A stretch of DNA of 63,650 bases, filler included, from Candidatus Woesearchaeota archaeon (GTDB lineage Archaea; Nanobdellota; Nanobdellia; Woesearchaeales; B72-G16), in assembly GCA_003650545.1 (NCBI GenBank). It is 3 parts of 3 records of this genome, joined end to end, with 100 filler letters (N's around TTAATTAATTAA, not from the genome) between each part and the next. Parts side by side here need not be neighbours in the genome. Positions count along the whole stretch, not along the records: positions 1 to 25,033 come from QMQO01000019.1; positions 25,134 to 50,084 come from QMQO01000020.1; 1 more part is not named here. The stretch is one strand, 5' to 3'. Position numbers and translations under genes: made by a program. Positions 18,218 through 28,523 of the stretch are shown piece after piece. Position 1 is the stretch's first letter. Every line of letters starts with the position of its first letter. The notes below the pieces were generated by a model, which was not told where the DNA came from, searched no databases, and saw only the letters and a program-made list of their open reading frames with translations.

Positions 18218-20679
18218 CTTTTAATCTCTATACCAATCTCTACAGGGAATGTTGAACATTTTGTGCTGACTTTCTTATCAAATACGATCTCGTTTGTAGT
18301 GGTAACTGCCTTGATATCATCCATAACTGTCTTTAGAAGTTCTTCGTGTTCTTTTTTCTTGCAATTGATATGCAGGGTGTTGACCTCTGTCTTTAAGGAA
18401 AGTTTTAACTCAGACTTATACTTTCTGACAGCAGAAACAACATCAACAACCAGATCGCCTGTTAGATCAGCCATGCTATCTATTGTCTTCTTGTCAACAG
18501 TTGGCCATGATGTAATATGGATGCTTTTTGACTTTTCCTTTTCATTAAAATAAAGATGAAACGCTTCCTCTGTGATGAATGGCATGAATGGAGCAAATAA
18601 TTTTAATATGCCTAATGTGACTTGATAGGTTGTATATTGTGCAGATAGCCTTGCTTCTTTACCGCGTTTATCTGGGTTGTATAAACGATCTTTAACTAGT
18701 TCTAAGTAATTATCACAAAAAGTCTGCCAAAAGAATTTGTCAGTATCAAGTCTTGATCTACTAAACTCATACCTTTCAAAAGCATCTGTGCAAACTTGCA
18801 CCAACTGATTAAACTTACTCAGAATCCATTGATCGATTGGATTTAAATTAGTAGGTTTATCGCCATTGTAATCTTGGAGATGTGTTACAGCAAACCTACA
18901 AGCGTTCCAGAGCTTTGTTATTGTTTTCTGACCTGTTATTACATCTTTTTCTGGGTATGGGAGATCGTCACCAAGCTTACTTCCTGCGGACATATATCTC
19001 AATGCATCTGCAGAATACTTCTCAATAACCTCTTGAGGTTCAATAATATTACCTTTTGATTTTGACATTTTTTTTCCTTTTGGATCTAACATCCAACCGT
19101 TTATGAAGCAATCATGCCAGGGATTCATTTTAAAATGTAGCTGGCTCTTTACGACTGTGTTGAATAACCAAAATGATATAATATCGTGGCCTTGTGGGCG
19201 CATGCTCATGGGATTCTTTTTTAATTTATTATAAACAGGTTTGCCTTTAAAAAGCTCTATAACTATTGTAGGTGTCAGAGAAGAGGTTGCCCAAGTGTTG
19301 ATGATGTCTTTCTCGCCAATGAATTTATCGTTTTTACATTTTGGGCATTTCTTAACTGGAGGATCATCTTCTAGAGGGTCAACCGGGAGGTCATTCTCCT
19401 CAGCTAGAATAACTGCGTCACATTTTGAGCAATACCACACAGGAAATGGTATGCCAAAGTAAATTTGTCTGCTAATGCACCAATCCCACTGAAGACCACG
19501 AACCCAATTATCATAACGATTTTTCATGTGTTTTGGGTACCAGTTTAATTGTTGCCCCCATTCTAACATCTTATCTCTAAGATCTAGATATTTGACAAAC
19601 CATTGTTTTGAATGAATGTACTCAACAGGAGTGCCGCAACGCTCATGGGTGTTGACTGTATGTGTTATGGGTATTTGGCTAACTAATAGATTTTCTTCCT
19701 TTAGATCTTTTATGATCACTTCTCTGGCATCTTCTACGCTTAAGCCTTTGTAACCACCTGCTAGATCTGTCATCCTACCATCCTTTCCAATAGCAACCTT
19801 AACTGGGAGATTGTGGACTTTTTGCCATTCAACATCTGTCTGATCGCCAAATGTGCAGCACATAACAATGCCTGTACCTTTCTCAGGATCTGCGCGCTCA
19901 TCTTGGAGTATTGGAACTTCAAAATTGAACAAAGGAACGCGAGCTTTCTTATTTTTAAGATGCTGGTATCGTTTATCATCTGGATGGTAAAAAACAGCAA
20001 CACACGCCGGCAATAACTCAGGTCTTGTTGTTGCTATAACAAGGTCTTCTTCTTTTTTCTCATTCATTTTAACCTTGAATATGACATTGTTAAATTGTGA
20101 AAAAACCTCCTTGTCCTCACACTCTACCTGAGCAATTGCTGTCTGACATTTTGGGCAGTAAATCGCTGCTGCCTCTTTCCTATATTGTCTACCTGCTTTG
20201 TATAAATCTAAGAAAGATTTTTGAGAGATGCGCTGGCAATGTGGATCGATTGTGGAATAACTAACATTAAAATCACAGCTTATTCCTAAACGTTTCCAGT
20301 CATGTATATAACGGGGTTTGAGTTCATTTTCCAAAGTATTTAGACAGAGTTCCCTGAATTTCTTTCTATCCATTTTGCTGGCATCCACTTTTTTTAGTTC
20401 CTGTATAAGGGTTTGAGTTGGTAGACCATTATCATCAGTGCCAAAAGGCTGTAACACGTTGAAACCACGCATTCTTTTAAATCTCGCAATAAAATCTTGT
20501 TGACTATTGCCAAATGCATGACCCATGTGCATCTTACCAGAAACTGTGGGAGGTGGTGTGTCTATAGAAAATATCTCTTTTTTGCTATTAGGGTCAAAGG
20601 CATAGATATTATTGTCCTCCCAATATTTTTGCCAGCGGGGTTCTGCTTCCTTTGGATCGTAACGCTTTGGTAATTCCAT
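18214..20679 (-). CDS. valS: Valine--tRNA ligase (archaeal type)
   Basis: IDTPPPTVSG.MHMGH, TTRPELL, GTGIVMCCTFGD, WCISRQ, KMSKS. Confidence 0.96.
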   Translation of the reverse strand: MELPKRYDPKEAEPRWQKYWEDNNIYAFDPNSKKEIFSIDTPPPTVSGKMHMGHAFGNSQQDFIARFKRMRGFNVLQPFGTDDNGLPTQTLIQELKKVDASKMDRKKFRELCLNTLENELKPRYIHDWKRLGISCDFNVSYSTIDPHCQRISQKSFLDLYKAGRQYRKEAAAIYCPKCQTAIAQVECEDKEVFSQFNNVIFKVKMNEKKEEDLVIATTRPELLPACVAVFYHPDDKRYQHLKNKKARVPLFNFEVPILQDERADPEKGTGIVMCCTFGDQTDVEWQKVHNLPVKVAIGKDGRMTDLAGGYKGLSVEDAREVIIKDLKEENLLVSQIPITHTVNTHERCGTPVEYIHSKQWFVKYLDLRDKMLEWGQQLNWYPKHMKNRYDNWVRGLQWDWCISRQIYFGIPFPVWYCSKCDAVILAEENDLPVDPLEDDPPVKKCPKCKNDKFIGEKDIINTWATSSLTPTIVIELFKGKPVYNKLKKNPMSMRPQGHDIISFWLFNTVVKSQLHFKMNPWHDCFINGWMLDPKGKKMSKSKGNIIEPQEVIEKYSADALRYMSAGSKLGDDLPYPEKDVITGQKTITKLWNACRFAVTHLQDYNGDKPTNLNPIDQWILSKFNQLVQVCTDAFERYEFSRSRLDTDKFFWQTFCDNYLELVKDRLYNPDKRGKEARLSAQYTTYQVTLGILKLFAPFMPFITEEAFHLYFNEKEKSKSIHITSWPTVDKKTIDSMADLTGDLVVDVVSAVRKYKSELKLSLKTEVNTLHINCKKKEHEELLKTVMDDIKAVTTTNEIVFDKKVSTKCSTFPVEIGIEIKS

Positions 20680-20788
20680 GTAAATTTGTAAATGTGAGCT
20701 GTTTATAAATATTACTAATAGTAGTAACTCGAAAATTTTCCGGAATAAATGGAAGATATTTTATAAATCAAGATGATTATGATTATTT

Positions 20789-21337
20789 ATGAAAACTAAT
20801 TTTGGAGTAATCGGTATTTTAGCTTTGATCTCTATTATTGTTTTAGCTGGATGTACACAAAAAACAGCATATATGACTGGTAAAGGTTATGCAAGCGCAT
20901 TGAGTAAATTAGGTGGAGCCTTTGTTGCTGGTGCTATAGAAGAACCAATAAAAGAACTACAAAAGCTTGGATTTACAACAACCATCATAAATGCAGATGG
21001 AAGCAAGAAAGTTATTGGACCGAATGTTATGCCATATAGCAAAAGTCATTGCCTATGTTATAAAAAGATGCAATTAACAGGAGCTAAAGAAGCTATAGAC
21101 CAAAAACAAGGATTATTCTATGGTGTGTGCTACTATTCTGAGAATAATAAACAAACTGTTACAATATACTACATCTGTGGGCCTGAAGGATATGATGGTT
21201 CGCAATTGCTTAAGTTTGTAGAGCAAGAAGATATTGAATATTCTATCCAGAGGAATGAATGTGCATTTGGAGTGAGCTCTGGGAATAAAGATAAAAGCTT
21301 TCAGATAGCTTCTAATATTGACTGTGGAGATTCTTGA
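20789..21337 (+). CDS. Putative lipoprotein, Cys-containing, unknown function
   Basis: Hydrophobic signal ending in lipobox-like LAGC; several further Cys. Confidence 0.65.
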   Translation: MKTNFGVIGILALISIIVLAGCTQKTAYMTGKGYASALSKLGGAFVAGAIEEPIKELQKLGFTTTIINADGSKKVIGPNVMPYSKSHCLCYKKMQLTGAKEAIDQKQGLFYGVCYYSENNKQTVTIYYICGPEGYDGSQLLKFVEQEDIEYSIQRNECAFGVSSGNKDKSFQIASNIDCGDS

Positions 21338-21533
21338 ATGAAATCTAATGAAAATTTAGAATGCTAGAATGTGTCTTTATAAAATATGAATATGAAATAA
21401 TATGAAATATAAATCAAATATAAATAAACAACTAAAAAAAATCTAAACGAATCTTCAAAATTCTAAAAATTCTAAATAAAAACTTCTAGTAAGAAACAAA
21501 ATATTAATAAACAGTTTGAAATTAAGGTGTACA

Positions 21534-22739
21534 ATGAAACCGTGGGTTATAAAACACATGCCTTCCTCTCTAACAGAAATCTTGGGGCAAAAAAGAGCTG
21601 TTGAAGAACTGAGAAAATTTATGTTTAGTTTTTCTAAAAAGAAAAAGAAGGCAGCATTCATTTATGGACCAACTGGCTCTGGAAAAACTTCCGCTATATA
21701 TGCACTTGCAAAAGAGCTAAATTACGAAGTTATGGAAGTTAATGCGAGCGATATTCGCAATAAAGAACAATTAGAGAAAACGGTTGGAATGGCTATGAAA
21801 ACCAAGAGCTTTTTCTTCAAAGGAAAAATTATTCTGTTAGACGAGATTGACGGCTTAAGCGGGCATGAAGATCGTGGTGGCATTACGACAATTGCAAGCA
21901 TGATCCTAAAAACTCATTTCCCAATGATACTTACTGCTATAAACCCATTCGATAAAAAACTCAGTAGCATTAGAAAGAAAACAGTTATGATTGAGTTTGA
22001 ACCATTAGAACATAAATATATCTATGACATATTGAAAAAAGTTTGTTCTACAGAAAATATAAAATATGAAGATTCTGTGCTGAAAGCGCTTGCAAGAAGA
22101 TCTGGAGGTGATGCAAGGGCAGCTATTAACGATCTCCAGAGTCTTACTGTAAAAGACAGAACACTTGATAAAACTGACTTAGAAACATTAGGTGAAAGAG
22201 AGAAAATGGAGAATATAATCCAGGCTCTTGTAAAAGTTCTTAAGAGCAAGGACGCTAGCTTAGCAATAACTGCTTTTGACAATGTTGAAGAGGATATTGG
22301 TAAAAGGTTCTTATGGCTCGAAGAAAATATTCCAAAGGAGTATCGCAAGGCTCAAGATTTGCAAAGAGCTTTTGATATGCTGAGTAAGGCGGATGTTTAT
22401 CGTGGTAGAATTAGGAGATGGCAGTATTGGCGTTTTCTTGTCTATGTGAATGCGTTGATGACTGCGGGTGTTGCAACAAGCAAGAAAGAGCGGTATAAAG
22501 AATTCATAAATTATAAGCCCACTGAACGTTTACTAAAGTACTATATTGCTAACATGAGATATGCTAAAAGAAAATGTATTGCAGAAAAGATTGCTGAGAA
22601 GACTCACGGTTCAGTTAATGGAGTAATTAAAGATGTTTTGCCTTATGTAAAGCATATGATAAAGAACGGTAATAATAAGCTTGTAGAGTATTTTGAGCTA
22701 GACAAGGATGAGGTTGCCTGGTTAAAGAAAAAAACTTAA
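21534..22739 (+). CDS. rfcL: Replication factor C large subunit
   Basis: PWVIKHMP, GPTGSGKT, EVNASD, LLDEIDGL, GDARAAINDLQ, WLEENIP, SKADVYRGRI; start moved to ATG 21534 after AAGGTG. Confidence 0.92.
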   Translation: MKPWVIKHMPSSLTEILGQKRAVEELRKFMFSFSKKKKKAAFIYGPTGSGKTSAIYALAKELNYEVMEVNASDIRNKEQLEKTVGMAMKTKSFFFKGKIILLDEIDGLSGHEDRGGITTIASMILKTHFPMILTAINPFDKKLSSIRKKTVMIEFEPLEHKYIYDILKKVCSTENIKYEDSVLKALARRSGGDARAAINDLQSLTVKDRTLDKTDLETLGEREKMENIIQALVKVLKSKDASLAITAFDNVEEDIGKRFLWLEENIPKEYRKAQDLQRAFDMLSKADVYRGRIRRWQYWRFLVYVNALMTAGVATSKKERYKEFINYKPTERLLKYYIANMRYAKRKCIAEKIAEKTHGSVNGVIKDVLPYVKHMIKNGNNKLVEYFELDKDEVAWLKKKT

Positions 22740-22799
22740 ATAATAAACTTAAATATCTTAATGATTTTTCAGTCAAATGGAATCTCTTAAATGGATCTC

Positions 22800-23507
22800 T
22801 TAATCAAATATTCTATTTTGTAAATCACACACATCAATATATCTGTCATTTCCAAAGTTATACCTAGCTAAAACTGAAGCATATATCGGAGCACGCAAAA
22901 AATCGTATAAGGTACTTATCTGCCTTTTGTTGCCAGTAATTATTTTTAAAGAGCACTCACCAGCACCAATAATCTTAACAAATATCTTACCTAGATCAGG
23001 ATAAAACACAAAAGTGTAGTGCCTTCCAATGAAATCAGAGACATCGGTACATTCAAACTTTCTTTGTTCATTGTGAAGTTGTTCAAATCTCTTTTGTAAT
23101 GTTCTGAAGTTTCTAAATACTAAAACACATGCACTGTTTATTTCATCATATGTCAATTGTTCTTCTAGCTTATTAACATTGGTCACCATATGATTTAACC
23201 AACGTCTATGCATACCAAAATATTTTGTAAGATCATCTATGGAATTGTGATGGTCGTAATTATAAGGAAAGACGATAATTTCATCTTTACTTACATTTGC
23301 GTAAATTTCACCCAATCTACCTAAAGAATAAAAACCATGCACATTTGATTTCAATCTTGGTATTTCAACAACACCTAGTTCTCTACTGTATTTATGATTG
23401 ACTCTGTATATAAAACCCGTTATGTCTGGATCTTGATGCAATGGCACTCCGAAAAGTTTCCAAACACTGCTATCTACGCCCCCGTTAAATGCAGGTTGTT
23501 TGATCAT
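22800..23507 (-). CDS. Hypothetical protein
   Basis: Open frame; start placed at ATG 23507 downstream of a GAAAGATTTAAATA promoter-like motif; no recognisable motif. Confidence 0.55.
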   Translation of the reverse strand: MIKQPAFNGGVDSSVWKLFGVPLHQDPDITGFIYRVNHKYSRELGVVEIPRLKSNVHGFYSLGRLGEIYANVSKDEIIVFPYNYDHHNSIDDLTKYFGMHRRWLNHMVTNVNKLEEQLTYDEINSACVLVFRNFRTLQKRFEQLHNEQRKFECTDVSDFIGRHYTFVFYPDLGKIFVKIIGAGECSLKIITGNKRQISTLYDFLRAPIYASVLARYNFGNDRYIDVCDLQNRIFD

Positions 23508-23618
23508 CTCAAGTACAAAAAAAAGTAAAGTATAATTAGTATTTAAATCTTTCCACAGTTTTTTCAAGCTTTGTTTCACAGCAAGATTTATATAGAAAAA
23601 CATATACACTAAAGAATT

Positions 23619-24959
23619 ATGTTAGATATAAAATTCATACGCGAGAATCCTGACCTTGTAAAAGAAAACATAAAGAAGAGGTTCCAGACCAAGCTTCTGG
23701 GTGAACTAGATGAACTTCTTAATGCAGATAAAGAGTATAGGAAACTCTTGAAGGATGTTGAAGATCTGAGACATTCAAGAAATATAATAAGCAAAGAGAT
23801 CAACAAGTTAAAGAAAAAAGGTGAGGACATAAAAGCAATGGTGAAAAGAGCAAGAGATATTCCTGACAGGATTAAAAAAGCAGAAGAAAAGTTAGAGAAA
23901 GCAAAAGCAAAGATAAAAAATATTCTACCAAAGATTCCAAATATGATAGCAACAGATGTTCCTCTTGGTAAAGATGAATCTGAGAATAAAGTTATCAAGA
24001 AATGGGGAAAAATAAGGAAGTTTACCTTTCCTATTAGGAATCATGTTGAATTAATGGAGATGAATGGTTGGGCAGACTTTGATGCTAGTGCCAAAACGTC
24101 AGGATCTGGATTCTATTTTTTAAAAGGTGAGCTTGCCTTATTGAATCAAGCATTGATTAGGTTTGCGATAGACTTCATGGTTAAGCGCGGATATAAGTAT
24201 ATCGAACCACCTTTAATGCTGAAAAAAAATGTGCTAGCTGCAGCTTTAGATGTTGAAGAGTTTAAGAAAACTATTTATGATATTAAAGGAGAAGATCTTT
24301 CTTTGATTGGAACGAGCGAATATTCTTTATTAGGGATGTTAACTGGGAGAGCAATACCAGAGCAAGAATTACCTTTAAAATTAGTTGCTTATTCAATGTG
24401 TTTCAGAAAAGAGATTGGCTCTCATGGGATAAATGAAAAAGGGCTCTGGAGAACTCATCAGTTCAATAAAGTTGAGCATTTTGTGTTTTGTGCACCTGAA
24501 GAGAGTCACAAATTTTATCTAGAGATGAGGAAGAATGCAGAAGACATCTATCAGGCCTTAGAAATTCCTTATAGGTTACTAGAGATTTGTTCTGGCGATC
24601 TTTCTACATGGAAACATAAAAGCGAAGATATAGAAGCATATAGACCAACAATAAAGGATTATGGTGAAGTTGGCAGTCTGACAAATTGTACAACCTATCA
24701 GGCACAAGATCTTGGAATTAAGATTATAAAGAAAAATGGCACAAGAGAAGTGTTGCATACGTTGAATAATACCGCGTTAGCAACAAGCAGAGCGATGGTT
24801 GCTATACTTGAGAACAACCAAAATGACGATGGGAGCGTGACTATACCTAAAGTTTTAGTGCCTTACATGAATGGTGTCAAAAAGATTGGTGGAAAGAATA
24901 AAAAACCAAAATCAAAAATTCAGAAAAGGGATAAAAAGATAGAATCAAGAAAAAAATAG
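23619..24959 (+). CDS. serS: Serine--tRNA ligase
   Basis: MLDIKFIRENP, coiled-coil arm, LIGTSE, CFRKEIGS, HQFNKVE, HTLNNTALATSR. Confidence 0.96.
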   Translation: MLDIKFIRENPDLVKENIKKRFQTKLLGELDELLNADKEYRKLLKDVEDLRHSRNIISKEINKLKKKGEDIKAMVKRARDIPDRIKKAEEKLEKAKAKIKNILPKIPNMIATDVPLGKDESENKVIKKWGKIRKFTFPIRNHVELMEMNGWADFDASAKTSGSGFYFLKGELALLNQALIRFAIDFMVKRGYKYIEPPLMLKKNVLAAALDVEEFKKTIYDIKGEDLSLIGTSEYSLLGMLTGRAIPEQELPLKLVAYSMCFRKEIGSHGINEKGLWRTHQFNKVEHFVFCAPEESHKFYLEMRKNAEDIYQALEIPYRLLEICSGDLSTWKHKSEDIEAYRPTIKDYGEVGSLTNCTTYQAQDLGIKIIKKNGTREVLHTLNNTALATSRAMVAILENNQNDDGSVTIPKVLVPYMNGVKKIGGKNKKPKSKIQKRDKKIESRKK

Positions 24960-25033
24960 GAAAACATAAAAAAACAAATTTAAAATAAGAAAATCAAAAC
25001 AATTTAAAATAAAAAAATTATAAAGATTTAAAA

Positions 25034-25133
25034 NNNNNNNNNNNNNNNNNNNNNNNNNNNNNNNNNNNNNNNNNNNNTTAATTAATTAANNNNNNNNNNN
25101 NNNNNNNNNNNNNNNNNNNNNNNNNNNNNNNNN
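25034..25133. other. Artificial contig-joining spacer
   Basis: 44 N + TTAATTAATTAA (stops in all six frames) + 44 N. Confidence 0.97.
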
Positions 25134-25384
25134 AAAAGACTAAAAAATAAAAAAAAGAAGACAGATTAAAAATAGGTAAGCTAATAAATTTTAACGATCG
25201 GAATGACCTAAGAATAAACCTAGAAGCTAAGCCTCTGCTAATTTAACATTCTTTATACGACAACAAATCATTCTCCGAATTTTAATTTTGCCAAAAAAAC
25301 AAAAATACATAAAAAAAATACATAAAACACAAGCCTTTCAACAAAACATTTAAAAATTGTCACAATATTCATTCTTCATAAGAG

Positions 25385-26656
25385 GTGAAAAAAATAGTTT
25401 TTTGGCATTATATCGCCTTGATTGCATTATTATCACTTTCAGCATTTTTTTCAAGTGCAGAAACTGCTATGTTCTCGATTAGCACTCTTAAGCTTCAGCA
25501 TCTGGTTGAGAAAAATGAACGTGGAGCACAAATCATACTTAATCTTAGAAAAAAATCTCATAAATTATTAATCACAATCCTAATTGGCAATAACTTAGTA
25601 AATATATCTGCATCTGCACTGGCATCTGTTGTTGCGATAGAACTTTTTGGTAGTAAGGGGCTAGGCTTAGCAATTGGTGTGCTGACCTTCTTGATTTTAG
25701 TATTTGGTGAAATCATGCCAAAAGGATACGCAACTAAAAATAATGTTAAACTTGCTTTGAGATACGCGCCTATCTTTAGGGTCTTAGTAATTTTGCTAAC
25801 ACCATTTGTTTGGATCTTAGATGTTATAACAAGGCTTTTTACAGGAAAATCAACAGGAAAGCCGTCTGTTACAACGGAAGAGCTTAAAAGTATTATTCGC
25901 GTGGGTGAAAAAGAAGGAGCGATTAAAGCAAGAGAGCGCGATATGATTTATAAAATATTTCGCTTTACTGATATCGAAGTAAAAACTATCATGACACATC
26001 GTACAAATATAGTCGCTATGGATGTAAATCTAAAATTGAAACAGATTCTCCAAATTATAGAAGATTCAGGTTATTCTAGATTGCCTATTTATGAAGACAG
26101 AATAGATAACATCATAGGAATAATATATGTTAAAGATATATTAAAGCAGTTTGGTACAAAGAGGAAACAAAAGAAATTTAACATAAGAAAGTTATTGAGA
26201 CCTGCATACTTCATTCCAGAATCAAAAAATGTCGATGATTTGCTAAGAGAAATGCAGAAGAAAAAGACGCACATCGCCATTGTGGTGGACGAATATGGTG
26301 GTGTTTCTGGAGTGGTTACTTTAGAAGACGTAATTGAGGAGCTTGTTGGTGAGATCTATGATGAAACAGACATTCCTGAGAGACACATAAGGAAAATAAA
26401 AGAGAATACATTTTCCATATCTGGTAATACAACCATAGACAATGTTAATGAAAGCTTGAAAATCAATTTACCCAAACGGGCAGGAATTGATACTGTAGCA
26501 GGACTAGTTTTAGATGACATAGGTAGAATGCCTAAAAAAGGCGATGTTATTACTTTTAGAAATGTTAGAATTCAAGTGATGAAGACTATTGGTTTACAGA
26601 TAACAAAGCTTAAGATAACAAAGAAAGCAAAAAAGGCTATAAAAACAATCAGTTAA
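25385..26656 (+). CDS. CNNM/CBS/CorC-HlyC domain protein (hemolysin-family Mg2+/Co2+ transporter)
   Basis: SAFFSSAETA, ILIGNNLVN, FGEIMPK, CBS pair (YSRLPIY, VVDEYGGVSGVVTLEDVIEELVGEI), CorC domain. Confidence 0.92.
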   Translation: MKKIVFWHYIALIALLSLSAFFSSAETAMFSISTLKLQHLVEKNERGAQIILNLRKKSHKLLITILIGNNLVNISASALASVVAIELFGSKGLGLAIGVLTFLILVFGEIMPKGYATKNNVKLALRYAPIFRVLVILLTPFVWILDVITRLFTGKSTGKPSVTTEELKSIIRVGEKEGAIKARERDMIYKIFRFTDIEVKTIMTHRTNIVAMDVNLKLKQILQIIEDSGYSRLPIYEDRIDNIIGIIYVKDILKQFGTKRKQKKFNIRKLLRPAYFIPESKNVDDLLREMQKKKTHIAIVVDEYGGVSGVVTLEDVIEELVGEIYDETDIPERHIRKIKENTFSISGNTTIDNVNESLKINLPKRAGIDTVAGLVLDDIGRMPKKGDVITFRNVRIQVMKTIGLQITKLKITKKAKKAIKTIS

Positions 26657-26747
26657 TAAATAACTCTCAAACATAAATTTTGATTATTCACATTTTGATA
26701 TTCATTATGGCACCAGCTCGGTAACGTGCCTGAGATTTATTTCAGCT

Positions 26748-27449
26748 TTAATTGATAATTTCCAGCAATTCTTTAGCATTAGAAATAACATAATCTGCAA
26801 ATTGTTCCTCACCGCCAGTTGGATGCCCACCTTTTAGAAATATGGCTTTAGCACCTATCCCTTTTGCAGGTTCCAGATCGCTGAGTTTATCACCAATAAT
26901 ATAAACTATTTCACCTTGTTTTGCTAATTTTTCATTTAACTGTTTGTTATTATCTCTACTTAATACTGGATCCTGTCCATAAATATAATCAAAATCTATA
27001 GGACATTTAGTAATCGCTAAGACACCAGTTATTATATCTGTTCGTATTCCAGAGACAATTGCTAATTTATAATCCCTTTCTTTAACCACTTTTAATGCTT
27101 CTATTATATCTTCTGTATATATTCTTTCACCATACTCTTTCGCAACTAAGTACATGCAGTCCCTAAATAAATCTGTCATAATCATTGTCTTAACATCTTT
27201 TCCTGGCAACTTTATTTCGCCGTCATAATTTTGAACAAAATTAATTTTCATATCATCTTCAATTCCATACCTATTTGAAATGAATTCTTTGATTATGTCA
27301 TAATGTTTTTTTGTTCCATGTAACTTTTTATGTTCTTTTTCTGAAGGTTTAGGGATGCCGAGAATCTCATATCTTTTTAAATTAGCTTGTTCAGCAACAA
27401 AAGGTTTAATTAATGTACCTGAAAAATCGATTACAACTATTTTATCCAT
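26748..27449 (-). CDS. HAD-superfamily hydrolase (atypical motif I DFSGT)
   Basis: IVVIDFSGTL, LAIVSG, YIIGDKLSDL; start moved to ATG 27449. Confidence 0.75.
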   Translation of the reverse strand: MDKIVVIDFSGTLIKPFVAEQANLKRYEILGIPKPSEKEHKKLHGTKKHYDIIKEFISNRYGIEDDMKINFVQNYDGEIKLPGKDVKTMIMTDLFRDCMYLVAKEYGERIYTEDIIEALKVVKERDYKLAIVSGIRTDIITGVLAITKCPIDFDYIYGQDPVLSRDNNKQLNEKLAKQGEIVYIIGDKLSDLEPAKGIGAKAIFLKGGHPTGGEEQFADYVISNAKELLEIIN

Positions 27450-27635
27450 ACTAAACATAATAATAAAAAAAGTCATATATATTTCTTTCTGTTACTTTCT
27501 TATCTTTCCGCTCTATTTCATCTGATCTTTCTGTTCCTTCTTATTCCTTATAACCCTTTTGCGGAAAGCGTCATAACGTCGCCAAACTATTGAATCTTTA
27601 AAAGTGTAGAATTCGCTATTTATCGTAATTTTGAG

Positions 27636-28358
27636 TTAGGTATTACTTATTTTACAATTACTCCACATAAATTCAAAATATTTTTTATAACCCGCTGCAA
27701 TTGTTTTATTTTCAATTATTATGATAATAGGTTTTTCTTCTATAATTTGTATTGCTATTTTGTTACCATAGATAATTGTAGTTGCAATATTACTATATTC
27801 TTTAGGTAAAAACCTAATTTCAGCATTTTTTAATTTGGCTACTTCTTTATTCTTTGCTTTTTCCATTACAATAATTTTTCCACCAAATTTTTTAATAATC
27901 TCCTTAGCAATTTTAGGCACATAAAACTTCAGAAGTTCAAACGCTTTTCCAGTTGCTCCTAAAACATAAACCGGTTTTTTTGTTCTAAGCATCTCTGAAT
28001 AAAATGTTTTGAGACCTTCTTTACCTTCATAAACTTCTACTTTTTGTTTTTCTACAACAACTTTCTGTATTGCTTGTAATTTTGGCATAATTTTGTTCAG
28101 TTGTTTTTCTTTTTCTTTTAGAATGTCATGTAATTTAGCAGGATTAGTTGCTTTGAAATATTTGACGTTATTTTTAATAACATACGAAACAAGACCTTTA
28201 CTAACTAAACTTTCTATTGTATTATACATATTAGCCCTATTTAATCTTGTGTCCTTGCTTATTTTACTTATTGGAGCAGAGCCTAATTTAAGCAAAGCTA
28301 AATAAATTGTTGATTCATTTTTAGTTAGTCCTAAATTTTCTAGTGTTTCTATTTCCAT
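27636..28358 (-). CDS. TrmB-family transcriptional regulator
   Basis: LGLTKNESTIYLALL HTH, Y..IESLVSKGLV, VEVYEGKEG, TIIYGNKIAI. Confidence 0.9.
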   Translation of the reverse strand: MEIETLENLGLTKNESTIYLALLKLGSAPISKISKDTRLNRANMYNTIESLVSKGLVSYVIKNNVKYFKATNPAKLHDILKEKEKQLNKIMPKLQAIQKVVVEKQKVEVYEGKEGLKTFYSEMLRTKKPVYVLGATGKAFELLKFYVPKIAKEIIKKFGGKIIVMEKAKNKEVAKLKNAEIRFLPKEYSNIATTIIYGNKIAIQIIEEKPIIIIIENKTIAAGYKKYFEFMWSNCKISNT

Positions 28359-28380
28359 ATCAATTGGTAAAAACTTCTAA

Positions 28381-28424
28381 TATTTAAAAATGTTGTTTTA
28401 TATAAAACAACAAATATTTAAAAA
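28381..28424. promoter_or_regulatory. Back-to-back TATA boxes flanking a perfect 22-bp palindrome (putative TrmB operator)
   Basis: TGTTGTTTTAT/ATAAAACAACA at 28391-28412 between a minus-strand TTTAAATA (28381-28388) and a plus-strand TTTAAAAA (28417-28424). Confidence 0.7.
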
Positions 28425-28523
28425 ATTACTAATTAGCGTTATGAAAATCGGAGGTATTTATCCACAAAATATTCTTAGAACTGACGGCATTTATTGATTA
28501 TAGCAGGATTTTAGGAGAATAAA

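Noticed and set aside
25034..25133. TTAATTAATTAA palindrome within N runs (also 50085-50184)
   Set aside because: Identical 100-nt artificial contig linker, not biological.
26700..27635. Short GC-richer patches after the HAD and trmB stops (similar at 29883-29940 and 47780-47799) as cassette sites
   Set aside because: No convincing paired arms or shared consensus could be established by eye.
28441..28497. 18-codon ORF MKIGGIYPQNILRTDGIY before the SSS gene
   Set aside because: ATG is only 24 nt after the TATA start (others 30-32), and there is no informative codon run.
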